Source of the DNA: Caecitellus pseudoparvulus
Lineage: Eukaryota; Protista; Bigyra: Bicosoecida
DNA length: 64,000 nucleotides
NCBI GenBank assembly: GCA_965644315.1
Contig: CBFFRQ010000081.1
Location: 124,001-188,000 of the forward strand
Direction: 5' to 3'
The position numbers were made by a program, and so were the translations under genes. The notes under the pieces were generated by a model, which was given only the letters and a program-made list of their open reading frames with translations, ran no database searches and was not told where the DNA came from. Below are positions 39,401 to 53,065 of the stretch, piece after piece. How positions within the stretch are numbered: position 1 is the first letter of the stretch; each line of letters opens with the position of its first letter.

Positions 39401-42400
39401 GGGGTTCGTGTGTGTGTCTGCAGCTGGTGTGCAACTACCTGCGTGCAACGCGTCTGTAGCCCCCCCTCCCGCCGGTTCTGCACCGCTGAACCTCTCCACA
39501 TGTGTCGTTCTTGTGAACCAGAGCAGTCGCGCGCAGGGAAACCCCCTGGAGGCGCCTGAGTTGCCAGACACCGTGTGGGTCTCAGGCTTGCAGCCATCAA
39601 CAACGTATCAAATCGTGGCATGGGGAGTCTCGGCGAGTGGTGTGAGCTGGCCTTCAACTGGAGTCACCATCACTACTGCCCCGCCGTCCCCACCATCTCC
39701 ACCAACTCGCCTTAAGTGCGAGTCGTCTACTGCACCTCACGGCAGCGTGGATTTATCTTGGGCCCCACCCACCATCGGTGCGCAGGATGTGGAAGGGTAC
39801 ACCGTTGTTGCTGCCCGGCGCTTCAGAGGCTCCACACGTCCCAGCGGGGGCAGCGAGGTGCTGCCCGAGGAGGACTTCGCGCCCTATTATGGGCCCATCT
39901 TGGGTTTGCCGGAGCCAGGTCAGTTCCTTGGCGCCGACCTTGTGCACGGTGTTTTTGGTGCTGGTGCAGGCGATGTTTCGTCCAGCATGGATGCGAGTGC
40001 CTCAGAAGCACGCGCGGCCCAGCCAGGGGCTGACGTGTCAGACGACGTCTGGCGCCTAACCTCAGCAGAGTCATGGACCCCTGACCCTCAAGAATCTTGG
40101 GGCCTGCCTCTGTCCGCTGGCGCAGCCGATGCAACGACAGCAGCAGACGGCCACGGCCGCCTTCGCAGCATTCATGATCTGGTTGCCGTACGGCACGTAG
40201 CAGGAGCAGAATTGGCAGATGCTCTTGTTGCAGGTACACTCGGTCGATTGCACGTGACGCTGCCTGACGTGCTGGATGGGTCGACCGGGAAGAATGTGAC
40301 ACTGTTTGTGTTCGCGCGGAGCAGGCATGGCGTTAGCCTGCTTTCCGGTGGGTGTTCAGCCATGCCCGCACCGGCGAGCACTCCATCTCAGCCATCTTGG
40401 TCCCATGCCTACCATAACGTCACGAGAGTGACGGCATCCTCTGCTGAAGTCGCTTTTCGGCTTCCCGACTCTCTGGCTGGGTGGCGGTACCAAGACATAG
40501 TCGTGCACGTTGAAGCTGAGGCTCAGCGCCCAGGGGCCACACCCATTGTCAGTGAGCTGCCCCTGTTGAATTGCTTGCCTGTGCCCGGTTCGTGGGCGCC
40601 AGGCGGCAATCGGGTTCAGTCGCTCACGGTGTTGGGCTTGAGTCCCAGCACTCCGTACGCCATTCGCACCCGCCTGCGGCATTCTGCCCTTCCTGGTACT
40701 TCGCCGTTCTCAGAAGTGCTTCAGGTTTCCACCCATGCAGCCACGCGGCCTTCTACACCACAGAACGTGCGTGTATCCTTCCCAGCTGAGAGTCTACAGC
40801 CTCCGCTGCGCGTCCGGTGGACAGACCCTGCTGACACAGGGTCTGAAGCCCTGGTCGGGTTTGCTTTGGCGTGGTCTGGAGATTCCACTGCTCTGCAGCA
40901 GTGGTCAAGTAGCATTGCATCACATGAACTTCGCACTGCAACGTCAGGAGCAGCTGCCTTGTCTCAGTCGAAAATTGAAACTGTGAACGTTCTGTATTGC
41001 CGCTTCAGTGAGCCAGCAGTGGAGGTTCCTGGCAGTGCTTCGACGCCTGCGCAGCGAAGACTCGACCTTGTCGGGCTTGCCCCAGGCACGGTTGGCTTTT
41101 TACAGCTCTTGGCCGTGAATGACGCTGGGAGGGCAGTGGCATCAGGCGTGCTAGGGCCGTGGAGTGTGCCTCCGCGCCCGAGAAAAGACAGGCTGCGCGG
41201 GCCCGCCTTGCGGGTGCTGCAGAGCTCCTCCACGAGCCTGACCATTGGCATTGATGCCGCACTTGCACCGGCAGGCATGTGGACGGTCGGTGCAGCGGTG
41301 ACATTGGAAGCGGCATCGTCTGCTGGCGGCCCAGTGTTTTCCTTTGCCCCCAATGACACGCTGGTGCAGCTCCCCATTGCAGCCAGCCTGTTTGCAGCTG
41401 AGGCAGCTTTGGCGCGCTCACGCACAGCTCCCGCATGGGCACGGTTTGAGCAAGAATCGACACCGCGCCTCGCCGAGCACGGACCAAGAGCTTTTTTGGG
41501 CAGGGGTAGTTGGGACGCCCTTCTTGCTGCTGGCCTCAACTCGAGCCTGGTGTTTGCTCCATGTGGTGATTGGGGGCCATTGGCCGTAGTGTTACCGCAA
41601 ACAGCTGCCTGGGTGTCTGGCCCAATGGCCGATTCCATTCTGCACCTGCTTCGGGGCTCCTTGCACCTGGCGCCAGACGCGATGATGGAGCATGTATCCA
41701 GGAATCGGGCATGGAATTGCTCACCTCCAAGCCTTCCTCGGCGTGTGTCACCTGGTACTTTCGCTGTTACCAACCAGTCTCAGCGGCAGACAAACAGCTC
41801 AGCCTACTTGATTGTCGCAGGCCTGCGCAGTTCAACAGAGTACAGGGTAGAATCTCAGGTGATGCTGGCGTCAAATGACTCGCTCCACCACGTCATCGGG
41901 CCCCGGTCTTCTGGCGTCTGGACCCGAACGAGTTCAGCTGAACCCCGGTCTCCAGAGCTCATTGGCGGCATATTTACCTCGGAGCGTGGGTCTGCGCTAA
42001 ACAAGACAACGTTTTCCCTCCACATTCGCGTCCCTGAGTGGGGGACTGCTGGGGATTTCACAGTTTTGGCAGCAGTGGCAGCGCCAACTCCCCATCACGC
42101 AACTGACGCGCTGGGGAGCATCGTCCCTGCCCTGCCTGTCCAAGCGGAAGCTGTGGCAAGGAATCTCTCTGCTCCAGGAGGGGAAGTGGTTAATTGCTCA
42201 TCTTTGCTGCTCTTTCGCCCATTGCCTGGGGAAGGGGTGGTAGGCCATCGAGGTCGACCAGGGCTGACATTGGCCTTACCCCTGCAGCTCGGGGTGCAGC
42301 AAGTTGGCCCGACTGCTTGGGCAAATGTGACCGTGGCGCTGTCAGCCTGTTCTCTAGCTTCATCACATACCGAAGTCCCATCGCAGTGCAGTGCGCCTTC

Positions 42401-45400
42401 GGTGCACACATTCCACTTGCCACCTGGGTCAGCTTTGCCTGGAACATTGAATACGAGCAGCCTTCCCCCGTCTGCTGTGCAGAGCACCTGCTCTGGGTTC
42501 CCTGCTCTTGGGGTCCTGTCTGACCCCAACCAGCCACTCGCAGGGGTCGTAGAATCACCTGAACCGTCATGGATTGATCAAGTGCACCGATTCAACATCG
42601 CCCGCCGTAGGGGCACACCATCTCCACCTGGTCTTTCCTTTGCGCCCACGCTCCGGGCTGGCGGGTCCACTCTGAGCGTCGGCTGGGCTGCCCCACCCAG
42701 TTGGTCAGGCATGCAAGTGGACGGCTTCAATGTGATGATTCAGGCGCTTGGACCCGTTGACAACTCAACTGGTGATGCTGTGGACGCACTGACCTCGGTG
42801 TGGTCTCCTGAGTGCCAATTGGGGCAAGGGCAGGGACTTTGTGCAAAGCTCCCGGCTCAAGGAGCGTGGTGCTCTCACTCATGGCCCGCTGAGAATCTGA
42901 TCCACGTCACTGCTGTAGAGGCATTTGGGTGGCTGCGGGCGAATCAATCTTCAAGTGGGTCCAACCGCCAGTCTGCAAGCCACCCAAGTGTGTCCATTTC
43001 GACGGCACCCGATGGATTGTGGGAGCCGTCTCTTCGTCCCAATTCCATGGACTGCAGCACAGCCCCAGGGGGTGCCTGCTTTCATGCTTCCGCGACGTTT
43101 CCTGTGTGTGCAGGGGTGCAGTACAGCGTGTCAGTTTCAGCGGTCCAGCAGCTGGTTCCAGGGCTGCCGTCCCCCAGCTCCACTGTGCCTGTGCCGCTGC
43201 CAGTAGCTTCTCAAGGCACCCCTCCACCCATACCACCAGCCGCAACTCAGCTGCATCTTGCTCTTGAGAGCGAAACGGCCGTGTCCATGGCAATGATGGC
43301 GAGTATTCCTCTCAATCTGTGCCCTTCCCTGAGCAACACATCTTCAGCCTCCGGCACGTCGCTCCCTGGCTCAGGATCAACGAACTTGCTCGCATTGGTC
43401 GTTCGTGCCCGCACGTTGGCACCACTCTTTCGTGCGGGTATTTCAGAAGGTGCGCGGGTGCTAGCAGGCGGGGCTGAGACAGTCGGTGAGGCGCTGGGGG
43501 CAAGCACATCTGTTTCCGTCTCTGTGGGATCCAGCACGGTCGAGGTCGTGCCCCTCTCGCCAAGCAGCCTTTCAGTTGCCTCTGACAGCAGTGGGCGCTG
43601 GTTCCTACACACTCCGCTGGAGGTTTCGAATCTGCAGCCAAAGCTGGGTGTGGAAGTGGAGGTTGAGCTGCTCTCCCACCTAGATGACGCAGTTTGGAGG
43701 AGCCCTGCGTCGTCTCCTCTGGTACGCACCCCAAAACTCGACATCAGCAGCATCCCAGGGGTGCGGCCGGCGCAGCCCAGGGAGGGCCGCCAACTTCAAA
43801 CCACCCCTTCTTCAGCTTCATCGTCCCCAGCATCTGCCCCTGGGAACGTGTCTGTGCGGAACATCGAGCCTGGGCTCCTCGAGTTGACATGGGAGGACAG
43901 CACCGACCTCGGAGGAGACGCCCTTCTTTGCTACGAGGTCTCCGTCGCTGTGGATGGTCGCGTGAGCCGGCCATGCACTGCGAACTTGACCAGCACAGCC
44001 CATCCAACGTCCGGCGTCCTGTACAAGCCTGCGGAGGGTGCATGTGGGGTGACCTCTGCAGCGTCTGCCGCAGCCCCCCCTGATCCGAACATGCACGCTC
44101 CCTGGGCAGCGTATGGTGCTGGCGTCTTGGGCGGTCTTGAAGGCACGCTCTCGTTGCATGACCAGTACCTTGACTTCCCCCCCCCTCCAGCATCTGTTGG
44201 GCCGGCCCCGCGGGCAGGTGGGTTTGCTGTGGCCGAGTACGGCGAGTACCCGCCCGGATTCGACCCATCTGACCCCATTGCATCCCAAGATGTATCAGGG
44301 CAGAGTATTTACTCGTGGACATCTATTGGGTGTGTTCGGGAGACGTGGGAGCCGGGTCAGGCCTATCTCAGGGCCTCAGGGTGGAGCAATGCCGGTGCTG
44401 AGCCGCTACCACGCCCCGTCGAGCTGAGTATGGTCATGAGTGCAGGCAGCGTGCCAGCCACGATCATGAGTGGCGAGACACGCCTAAACGCGCTGCAGCC
44501 TGTGTCAGGCTCGAGTGTCCAAGGGAATGACACTGGCGACGCTGTGTGCCCTCCGGGAACGCTACCCAGCACAGGCTTGGCTGCAGGCTGCCTCCTGGGG
44601 GCCCCCTCTCCCGGGCCTATGACACCGCGCACGCTTCGACACCGAGTGCAGGTTGACCCGAACACGCTGTACCGTTTCCGCGTGCGAGCTGTGACGTCGC
44701 CTATTGAGGTGGAAACACAACTGGCTCTTCGTTCCGAAGTGGTCAGCAACGCGTCTGATTCCCGAAGGGGCTTGCGGCTTGCCCAGCACGCTTCCCCCCT
44801 CGAGCAAGTAGGGAAGGAGGGTGCAACTGCCCGCAATCGTAGGCGGCTGGCTCTGCGGGTCCCGGGGTTCCAGCTCGGCCCCACTCCCGAGTGCCTGCCG
44901 AACGCCACTGACTGCCTAATTTGGCACACTCAAGCAAGTATTGATTTGTCTCTCGTGCACCGGGGGCCGTCTTCAGACATACTATTTGCACTGACAGGCG
45001 TGCAGGCAGGAGCACTGACGCCAGGTGGCTTCTCTGTGACTCGGGTGGCGGACCCGTCCAGTATCCCTCCAGCCTCGCCAGCGCAGCCCATCATCGACGT
45101 TCAGATTGACATTCGTTTTACAGAAGCAGTCGCACCTCCTGGAAGCGAGTTTCTTTGTGCTGTCGACGCTGCACAGCTGTCAGTCGGTCACTGCCAGGTG
45201 TCGCAGCGGCCGCCATTTCTCGCGACGTTTTCAGCCCAAGACCCTCCGAGTACGCTACCAATATGTACTTCAACACCCCCTTCAGGGTACTCTCCACTCC
45301 CATTGGCTTATGAAGTTATGGACCCCAGCGACCCTGTCATTGGATTGCAGGGTCAACGGCAATTGACTCTCTCTCAGGCACAGGGTCTCCAGCGGGCCAG

Positions 45401-48400
45401 CTCGTACTTTGCCTCTATTGACATGCAGTCCTCCGCTGGCAACTCAAGTATAACTGCCTTGTTTGCAACATTCACGTCCAGGGTCCCAGGCAAGGTGGTG
45501 AATGTGTCCTCGCGGAGCCCTGGCTTAGGCAGGGGGGAGCACGCGTTGCATTTCTGCAGGCCGGCAAACGATGGAGGCTCTTATCCCACGTCTTATGAAA
45601 TTGACCTTGTTCCGAGCTCAGCTGTGAATCCGAACACGACACAGTGCTGTTCTACTGGCTTGCAGAGCCAGAGTGTTTCCCTTCTTGCTCTGCAGGCCCA
45701 GGGTGGAGTGCCTGCTGAGTGCACAACCGCGTATACCCAGTCTGATCTTCGCTCGCCTTTCGACAGCACCTGCCCCATCCACGCCAGCGGTGTCATTGCA
45801 TTGTGCCCAGAGGTGGGGTACACTGTAGGCATTCGACCCGTGTCTGTAGCTGGCCTGGGCATGGTGCGGGCCGAGTCGACTTTCAGCTACACCTGCCCAG
45901 GCAGCCCCATCCCATGCTCAGGTCATGGAACATGTGTAAAGTGGGATGGTGTGTGTGACTGCGATACTTCATGGGGTCTTGACGATTGCTCGGAATTGCT
46001 TGGGGTAGTCATTGATGCCCGGCTGTGGCTGGACGCGGGCGCCCTCATGGGTCTGGGTGGCGTTTCAGGGTTGGTGCTGGACCTCGGCGTTGGTCCCCAG
46101 TTCAGGACGTATGCGCGGAATCTCGTCGTTCATGTGCTCATCGACTCCCTTCTTCGTGCCGTCAACCAACCTGATGCCGAGTGGCAGGCTCTTCTCTCGT
46201 CTGCAGTGTTCGAGTTTGTGTCCACGCGGGTCAGTTCAGGTGAAGCTCTCCCTGGTGAGACAGTTGACACTTGGGGTTCTTTCTCATCAAGGGACCCACC
46301 TCAGCCTGGAACTCCACCAACGTCGCAGGCATTCATTGCTGCCCAAGTTTCCCCGACCCCAACTCTGTCCATTCGCGCAGTGCTCTCCCCGCGTCTCAAT
46401 GTGGCAGCGCACCTTGACCGCGTTGCACTGGAACTTGTTCGACTCATGCACGAGGGCCAAGCTGCCCTCCGCGGCATGGGGATTGTGTCGCTTGCTGTCC
46501 GCGACACCCGACGTGCGGCGCAAGTCAAGCAACGAGAAGTTGTGAATTTGCCACCGCCGACCACGTGTGCCACTCGAGGGACTTGTGCAGCGTGCGCAGA
46601 GGATGCATCCTGTGCTTGGGATTTGCAGCTGCGAGGCTGTGTGGCGGCGCCGTCCTTGTCGGAGCGGGGGTCTCAGCAGGTTCAGCGAGCCTTCCCCGCC
46701 CCAGGCACGGCTGCTCCCGGTGGTGGCACTCCCCTCGCAAGCCAGTTATCGCCCGCACTATCGACGCCCCCAGCGTATGTGTACACACCCCACGCTCGCA
46801 CGTGTGTCAATGACGCTGTGCGGAGGCAGCGTGAAGACATGGATCCGAGCAGCCCATTCACTGCCGAGTGGCGGCACTTGGATGGCAATACTTCTTTTGT
46901 GCGACAGCCAATCGGTACAATGTGGCTGTACGGCATTGACCGTTGCCAATGTCCAGTAGCGTGTGAGGCACTGTCCCAGCGCCTGGCCTTTCTGAGTGAA
47001 GGCGCGGGAGCAACGAGTGATGCTTCTGGCGGCTGTGCAGCCTGCGCGGCGCGGCCCGATTGCTTGTTCTGCCAAACTACGCAGACATGCTATGACCACG
47101 CAGATGACCGGCTGACATCGACCGACTTCCTAGAGAGCGCGTGCCCTGCCGTGAGCCTCTTCCCCAGGCAGCTGGAGTCTGGAAAACTGGTGACAGGCTG
47201 GGTTTCGCCGACAGCCCAGTCTTGGGCGGGTGGGTGTGGCAGCTCGGTGGTCTGCAGAGAAGAGTGCACAGCATGCGATGGCAAGACTTCCCAGGCAACG
47301 TGTGTGGACGACCTGGCCTGTGCATGGTGTGCGGATCCAAACCTCCCCGCGGGTGGGAAGTGTGCGGAAGGAAATGCCGCGGGATGGTATGATGGCGAGT
47401 CCTGCGCAGGGCAGTATTTCTATGGCTCCGTCACTGTTTCTTGCACGCTTGGCACCAACGTTGGAGCCACGCTGTCTCAGTGCCAGCTGTGTACTCTGGC
47501 GGGGGGCTCTCCCGGAGCGGTGGCCACCCCAGACACCCTAGCTTGTGGCTGGTGCCCAACGACGAAAACTTGCATGGTATCTGACTTGGCTTCCGAAGCG
47601 CCTCTGCTCAGTCATTGCCCAAGCAACGGTAGTTTGAGCGTGATGGGCATTTCCGACCCCAACGAGATGTCGGCCCAACAGACAGTGCTGGCTTCCTTGC
47701 TCCTGCCCCCTGTATCTGCCGGCATCCAACAACTACATTCCCTTCCGACTTCGACAACTCAAGCGCCGGACGAGGAAAGAGACAGTCTTCGCCAGTCACC
47801 ATTCGTTAAGCGCGCTGACTCAGGCACTTGCCCGGTGACAGCTTCCTTGCGTTGCAGCCAGCAAACTCTTTGTTCATCCTGCCTCAGCACTGACGTATCC
47901 GGACTGCAGGGTGCAGGGCCAGGCGACAAATGTCACTGGTGCCCGTCGTCTGTTTCGCCAGGGGGCAGGGTGGCAGGTCGTGACGATTCTGTTCAACTTG
48001 CTGCTGGGCAATCAGGCGGCCGCTGCATGCTGAGCAGTACGGCTGCGTCCGAGTGCCCTGTCGAAGTCTCAGACAGCTTCTGTGTGACTGGAGGGTGTGC
48101 TGAAGGCGCATCTCTGCTTCTCTCATTCACAAATGGATCGCTTCAGCTGGGCTCTGCCGGGCAGAGCCCTTGTACAGGTCGAGGTGTCGGCGCTGTTCTC
48201 ACCCCACGACTGACGTTGATCGAAGAGCCTGTGCAAGGGTCTGCCACGCTCGGGGGCCGATGGGACAGGCCGCTGCAGCTTCGTGGCAAGCAAGTGCACG
48301 ACCGAGGTTTGCAGAGTTCAGCGACCTGCACCCCGCTGGCGGCGGGCGCTCCAGTGCCCACGGTCTACGCCCCGGGATCTCAGTGCTCATGGATCATTGC

Positions 48401-50081
48401 TCCGACTGAGATTGACACGGCCACAGGACAAGGAGTGCGCAATAGCCACATCACCTTGCAGCTGACCCATGTCGATTTAGCTCCTGGGGACACTCTGTCA
48501 CTAACGGTGTCAGGGGACGCCAGACAGCCAGATGCCGAGAACACCATTCTTGTGCTCGCTGGAACATCTTTGCCTGGCTCAGAAGTTGTGCGTGGCTTGG
48601 GCACTGCGCAGGAGATCGAAGCGTGGGTAGAGCAAGTCTCTGGGTTGCAAGCAGCAGGAGCTGACACGTCGGCCTTGAAGCCACCCTCTCACGAGTCATT
48701 CGACAGTACTTGGAAGGATGTGAGCTTGACAACATCCAGTGGGTACATGCGGGTGTTCTTGAATGGACAGAATGGGGGTGGAGCAGGGATTCGTGGTGTT
48801 TACAATAGCCACAGGCCAGAGTCTGTGAACTATTACTTTGTCGCCGCGGTAGCCGTGAGCGTCTCTGCAGGGGTGATTGTCCTTGCATGCATCGGCCACA
48901 GGTACTGGCAGTATCGCAGGCGCGCTGCAGATGCCCGGGAGGCAGAGCGGGAGCTCGGCCTGTTGGACACTACTTCTGATGAGGAAGAAACTGATGGCGA
49001 TGACTCAGAGCTCGCTGTTCCCGCGTCAGTGCTGGTTGCCCTACCGACTTTTAGATTCGACTCAGACAAGATGGCACAGACCCCGCTTAAGGGCTTGGAG
49101 AAAGAAGACCTTACGTGCGCCATTTCGCTTGCCGAGTACTCGGAGGGAGACGCGATTACCGTACTTCCTTGTGGGCACCACTTCCTCCATGAGAGCATTT
49201 TACATTGGTTGAAGAGCAAGAAAATGTGCCCCATGTGTAAACGGGACGTATTAGAGACTTGGGTTTTGTATTCTTCCAAGGCCGGTGCTGATGATGGACC
49301 TGGCGGAGCGCAGGATCCGCTCGCTCTGGGCCCTGGTGTGCACAGGCATGTGAACCCTGAGCTCAAGTCCCAGGCAGATCGGGAACGCGACTTTGAGCTT
49401 GGGGTTGAGTCCACTGCACAGCGTCGCTCCCGAACCTTTTCCAACGCCTCTTCCCGCGGGGAAGGTGGTGCAGGCGAGCCTGACACTGCTCTGAGCGCCA
49501 ACATGTCCAGGACGCTGCCTGAAAGCAGCACTAGAGCGGCCACAGGGTTTGGAGCAGCAGCTCCTCGCAGGGGGCGGCGGATGCGCCCTGTTGTACTGTC
49601 TCCAAGTAGTGAACGGGGTTCTTCATCTGAAGACGAGTTTGTTCCTGTGTCTATTCCGAACCCACTCAGGAGTGCAGTTCATCACGGCTCGCAAGCAACC
49701 CTTGCAAGTGGGCCGCTTCCTCGACGACGAGGTCCAGAGGAAGGTAGCTCGACAGAGTCCCATGTCTCCACTGTCAGTTCACTCGGCAGCATCGTTGACT
49801 CAATGTCAGGAACTGCTGTCATCTCCATTCCCTCTCCCATCCGCCAACAGCGTCCGGGTCCTGCAACTGGCCAGCTACGTCAGCCACGCCACCAAGGCCG
49901 CATGGCAGCCCCGGAGCAGGGTTCCATCATTGACGCTCATCCAGCTTCACCACCTTCGCAGCGGTCAGTGCTTGCCATTCCTGCCGGCGCCGCATCAGGG
50001 CAGCGGCGGCAAGGGGCTGTCAGCGACGTGCGTGACCAAGTTAACCCCATGATGGTGCGCACGCATGGCCGAGCTCGCTGA
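36471..50081 (+). CDS. Giant (~4500 aa) type I receptor with cytosolic RING-H2-variant E3-like domain
   Basis: Signal-peptide-like exon (MFGLMSMQILACLAAFGASVAP) joined by introns 36538-36604 and 36632-36702. FG-GAP-like blades (LAVGAPGA, FGA...LVVAAP, GAVYVF, LYIGSP), CPAGTFS Cys-rich repeats, many FN3 (L.P.T.Y...V), EGF CSGHGTC...CDCDTSWGLDDCS, PSI repeats (CxxC...CxWC), CUB (YAPGSQCSWII), TM ~48830-48900, RING 49116-49241. Confidence 0.88.
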
Positions 50082-50561
50082 CGGAGGTTCTGCGATCATT
50101 GACTCTTGCAACTTGGAAATACCGAGGGGTCCCACCTCTCACCGCACAGTGGCGCACAGGAGGGGACAGTTCCGTCAAAGTCTTTTGCTTGCCGTTGCTT
50201 TCACTAGTGAGATTCTTGCAGATTTGTGCAGAAGCGAAATTCACGTGATCCATGGACTCCTCTCACTTGCATGCATGGCACAGCGGGTTTGAGATGGGCT
50301 GCCAGTGGTAGAGAGAGCACAGAAGCTGCATTGAAATGCTGGCGGGAATGGAAACTGGCGCCGCAACGATGGTCACACAGCCGCCTCCACACCAGCATGG
50401 GCTCAAAAATCACTACACGTCAATGCCAGCTTGCTCGGCACGAATGAGAAAAACTCTCAATCTGCACGGAGCAGGGACAGCGAAAAAGGAAAGAAAACTT
50501 CGGGGTCGCTCTTACAACTGCACGCTGAGCGAGGCAACGTGGAGCTCCGATGGTTGACACA

Positions 50562-53065
50562 TCAAGCTCGCCCTGGGCTTGCCTTCATGAGGGGATTGCG
50601 GGTGTCGAAAGATTTGCTCACAGGAGCAGCAGCAGGGGCTTCAGGCGCCTCCTCATCGGAGTGCACACGCTGGGCATGCTTCTTGGGCGCGGCGGAGCGC
50701 CGTTTGTAGACAACCACAGCAGCGACGCCAACGGCTACCGCAGCAAGTGCGGCAACGATTCCACCCACAGCGCCAGCTGAGATGCCTGTACCTGGTGCAC
50801 CACCTCTGGGAGAAGCAGAGCCCCCTGATTCATCAACGGAGCCTGACTGAGACACCGTTGCAGAGCCAGAGACAGTTGCCTCTTGAAACGTGGCTGTCCA
50901 CTCGGAACTGCTGCCAGCCTCTTCTGATGCAGCAACATGCAGAGTGGACGCGAAAGTCCCATCTTGAACGGACCTATCAACGGTACCAGCGATGTCTTCC
51001 GCATCGTCCTCGTCATCGACATTGATTGTGACGTCCACCTCCAAGCCGCCATCTTGGAGGTGTCGGCGAAGTGCAGCTGAGTCACGAGAGCAAGGCTTTC
51101 GCAGCTCAACAATTACATCTTCGACCGATACACCTGCAATGCGTGCAACAACCTTGGCGATGAATGCGCGGATGCGATCATCTGAGGGAGCGTTCTCGCA
51201 CGAAACACCCTGAACCTGCATAGTAACGGAAACAACTGGGCGTGGCCGTGTGGTGGCCGACGGGCGAGGACGCTTAGGCGTAGGAGATGCAGTGCGGTCG
51301 GGGTCGCCGCCGTTGCCGTTGCCACCAGCGGAATCGCGTTTTGGCGTCGCAGATGCAGAAGGGCGGGTCGTATCGGGCTTGGGCGTAGGAGATGCAGTGC
51401 GGTCGGGGTCGCCGCCGTTGCCGCCAGTGGAGTCGTGCTTAGGCGTAGGAGATGCAGTGCGGTCAGGGTCGCCGCCGTTGCCGCCAGTGGAGTCGTGCTT
51501 GGGCGTAGGAGATGCAGTGCGGTCAGGGTCGCCGCCGTTGCCGCCAGTGGAGTCGTGCTTGGGCGTAGGAGATGCAGTGCGGTCAGGGTCGCCGCCGTTG
51601 CCGCCAGTGGAGTCGTGCTTGGGCGTAGGAGATGCAGTGCGGTCGGGGTCGCCGCCGTTGCCGCCAGTGGAGTCGTGCTTGGGTGTAGGGGATGCAGTGC
51701 GGTCGGGGTCGCCGCCGTTGCCGCCAGTGGAGTCGTGCTTGGGTGTAGGGGATGCAGTGCGGTCGGGGTCGCCGCCGTTGCCGCCAGTGGAGTCAGGGCG
51801 AGTGGTAGCCGTGGCTGAGGGCTGGGTGCCGTCACCACCGTTGCCGCCAGTGGAGTCAGGGCGAGTGGTAGCCGTGGCTGAGGGCTGGGTGCCGTCACCA
51901 CCGTTGCCGCCAGTGGAGTCAGGGCGAGTGGTAGCCGTGGCTGAGGGCTGGGTGCCGTCACCACCGTTGCCGCCAGTGGTGTCAGGGCGAGTGGTAGCCG
52001 TGGCTGAGGGCTGGGTGCCGTCACCGCCGTTGCCGCCAGTGGAGTCAGGGCGAGTGGTAGCCGTGGCTGAGGGCTGGGTGCCGTCACCACCGTTGCCGCC
52101 AGTGGAGTCAGGGCGAGTGGTAGCCGTGGCTGAGGGCTGGGTGCCGTCGCCGCCGTTGCCGCCAGTGGAGTCAGGGCGAGTGGTAGCCGTGGCTGAGGGC
52201 TGGGTGCCGTCACCGCCGTTGCCGCCAGTGGAGTCAGGGCGAGTGGTAGCTGTGGCTGAGGGGTGGGTGCCGTCGCCGCCGTTGCCGCCAGCTGCGTTGT
52301 GAGGCGAGGGGGTGGCTGAGGGCTGGGTGCCGTCACCGCCGTTGCCGCCAGTGGAGTCAGGGCGAGTGGTAGCCGTGGCTGAGGGCTGGGTGCCGTCACC
52401 GCCGTTGCCGCCAGTGGAGTCAGGGCGAGTGGTAGCCGTGGCTGAGGGCTGGGTGCCGTCACCGCCGTTGCCGCCAGTGGAGTCAGGGCGAGTGGTAGCC
52501 GTGGCTGAGGGCTGGGTGCCGTCACCACCGTTGCCGCCAGTGGAGTCGGGGCGAGTGGTAGCCGTGGCTGAGGGCTGGGTGCCGTCACCGCCGTTGCCGC
52601 CAGCTGCGTTGTGAGGCGAGGGCGTGGCAGACCGGTCAGGGTCACCGCCAGCGGGGTCTGGGTGTTTGGATGGAGATGGAGTCGGAGCAGGTTGGCTTGG
52701 GTCGTTTAATTGCCGCTGCGCACGGGTCGCGCCGTTGATTAGCGCAGCGTGAATGGTGGAAACGCCAATGTGAGCTGCCTCGGTTTGGCGTGTTGGAAGG
52801 GTATCCGCAGCACCCGCAGCAAGGTTTGCCAGACAAGCAAAGGTGAAACCTAGCGCAGCTAAAGTGAGCCAGAGGCCTGTGAAAGTAAAGATAATGAATG
52901 TGTTCACTCATTTGGCGCTTCGCCTGAGTCGACGCTTGCAAGTAGCACGAGTTCAACCAGATTGATGCAACATGCAGGTTGAGAGCAAACGCGGGCTGAG
53001 CGGAAGACCCGGCGAAAGCAGCACCTACCATGTCTCTTGGAAGCTGGCCGTGAATGAGTGACCAT
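50562..53065 (-). CDS. Mucin-like type I membrane protein A (repeats, SEA-like domain, TM)
   Basis: Exon 53065-53029 (MVTHSRPASKRH), intron 52877-53028 (GTAGGT...TCACAG, phase 1), signal peptide GLWLTLAALGFTFACLA, RQL, repeats, SEA-like domain, TM AVGGIVAALAAVAVGVAAVVVY, tail with RNPL. Confidence 0.85.
51375..52615 (-). repeat. Coding tandem repeats: ~7 x 60 bp (GGNGGDPDRTASPTPKHDST) and ~13 x 63 bp (GGNGGDGTQPSATATTRPDST)
   Basis: Directly visible: consecutive 60-nt lines from 51421 to 51780 are nearly identical, and a 63-nt period follows. Confidence 0.95.
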
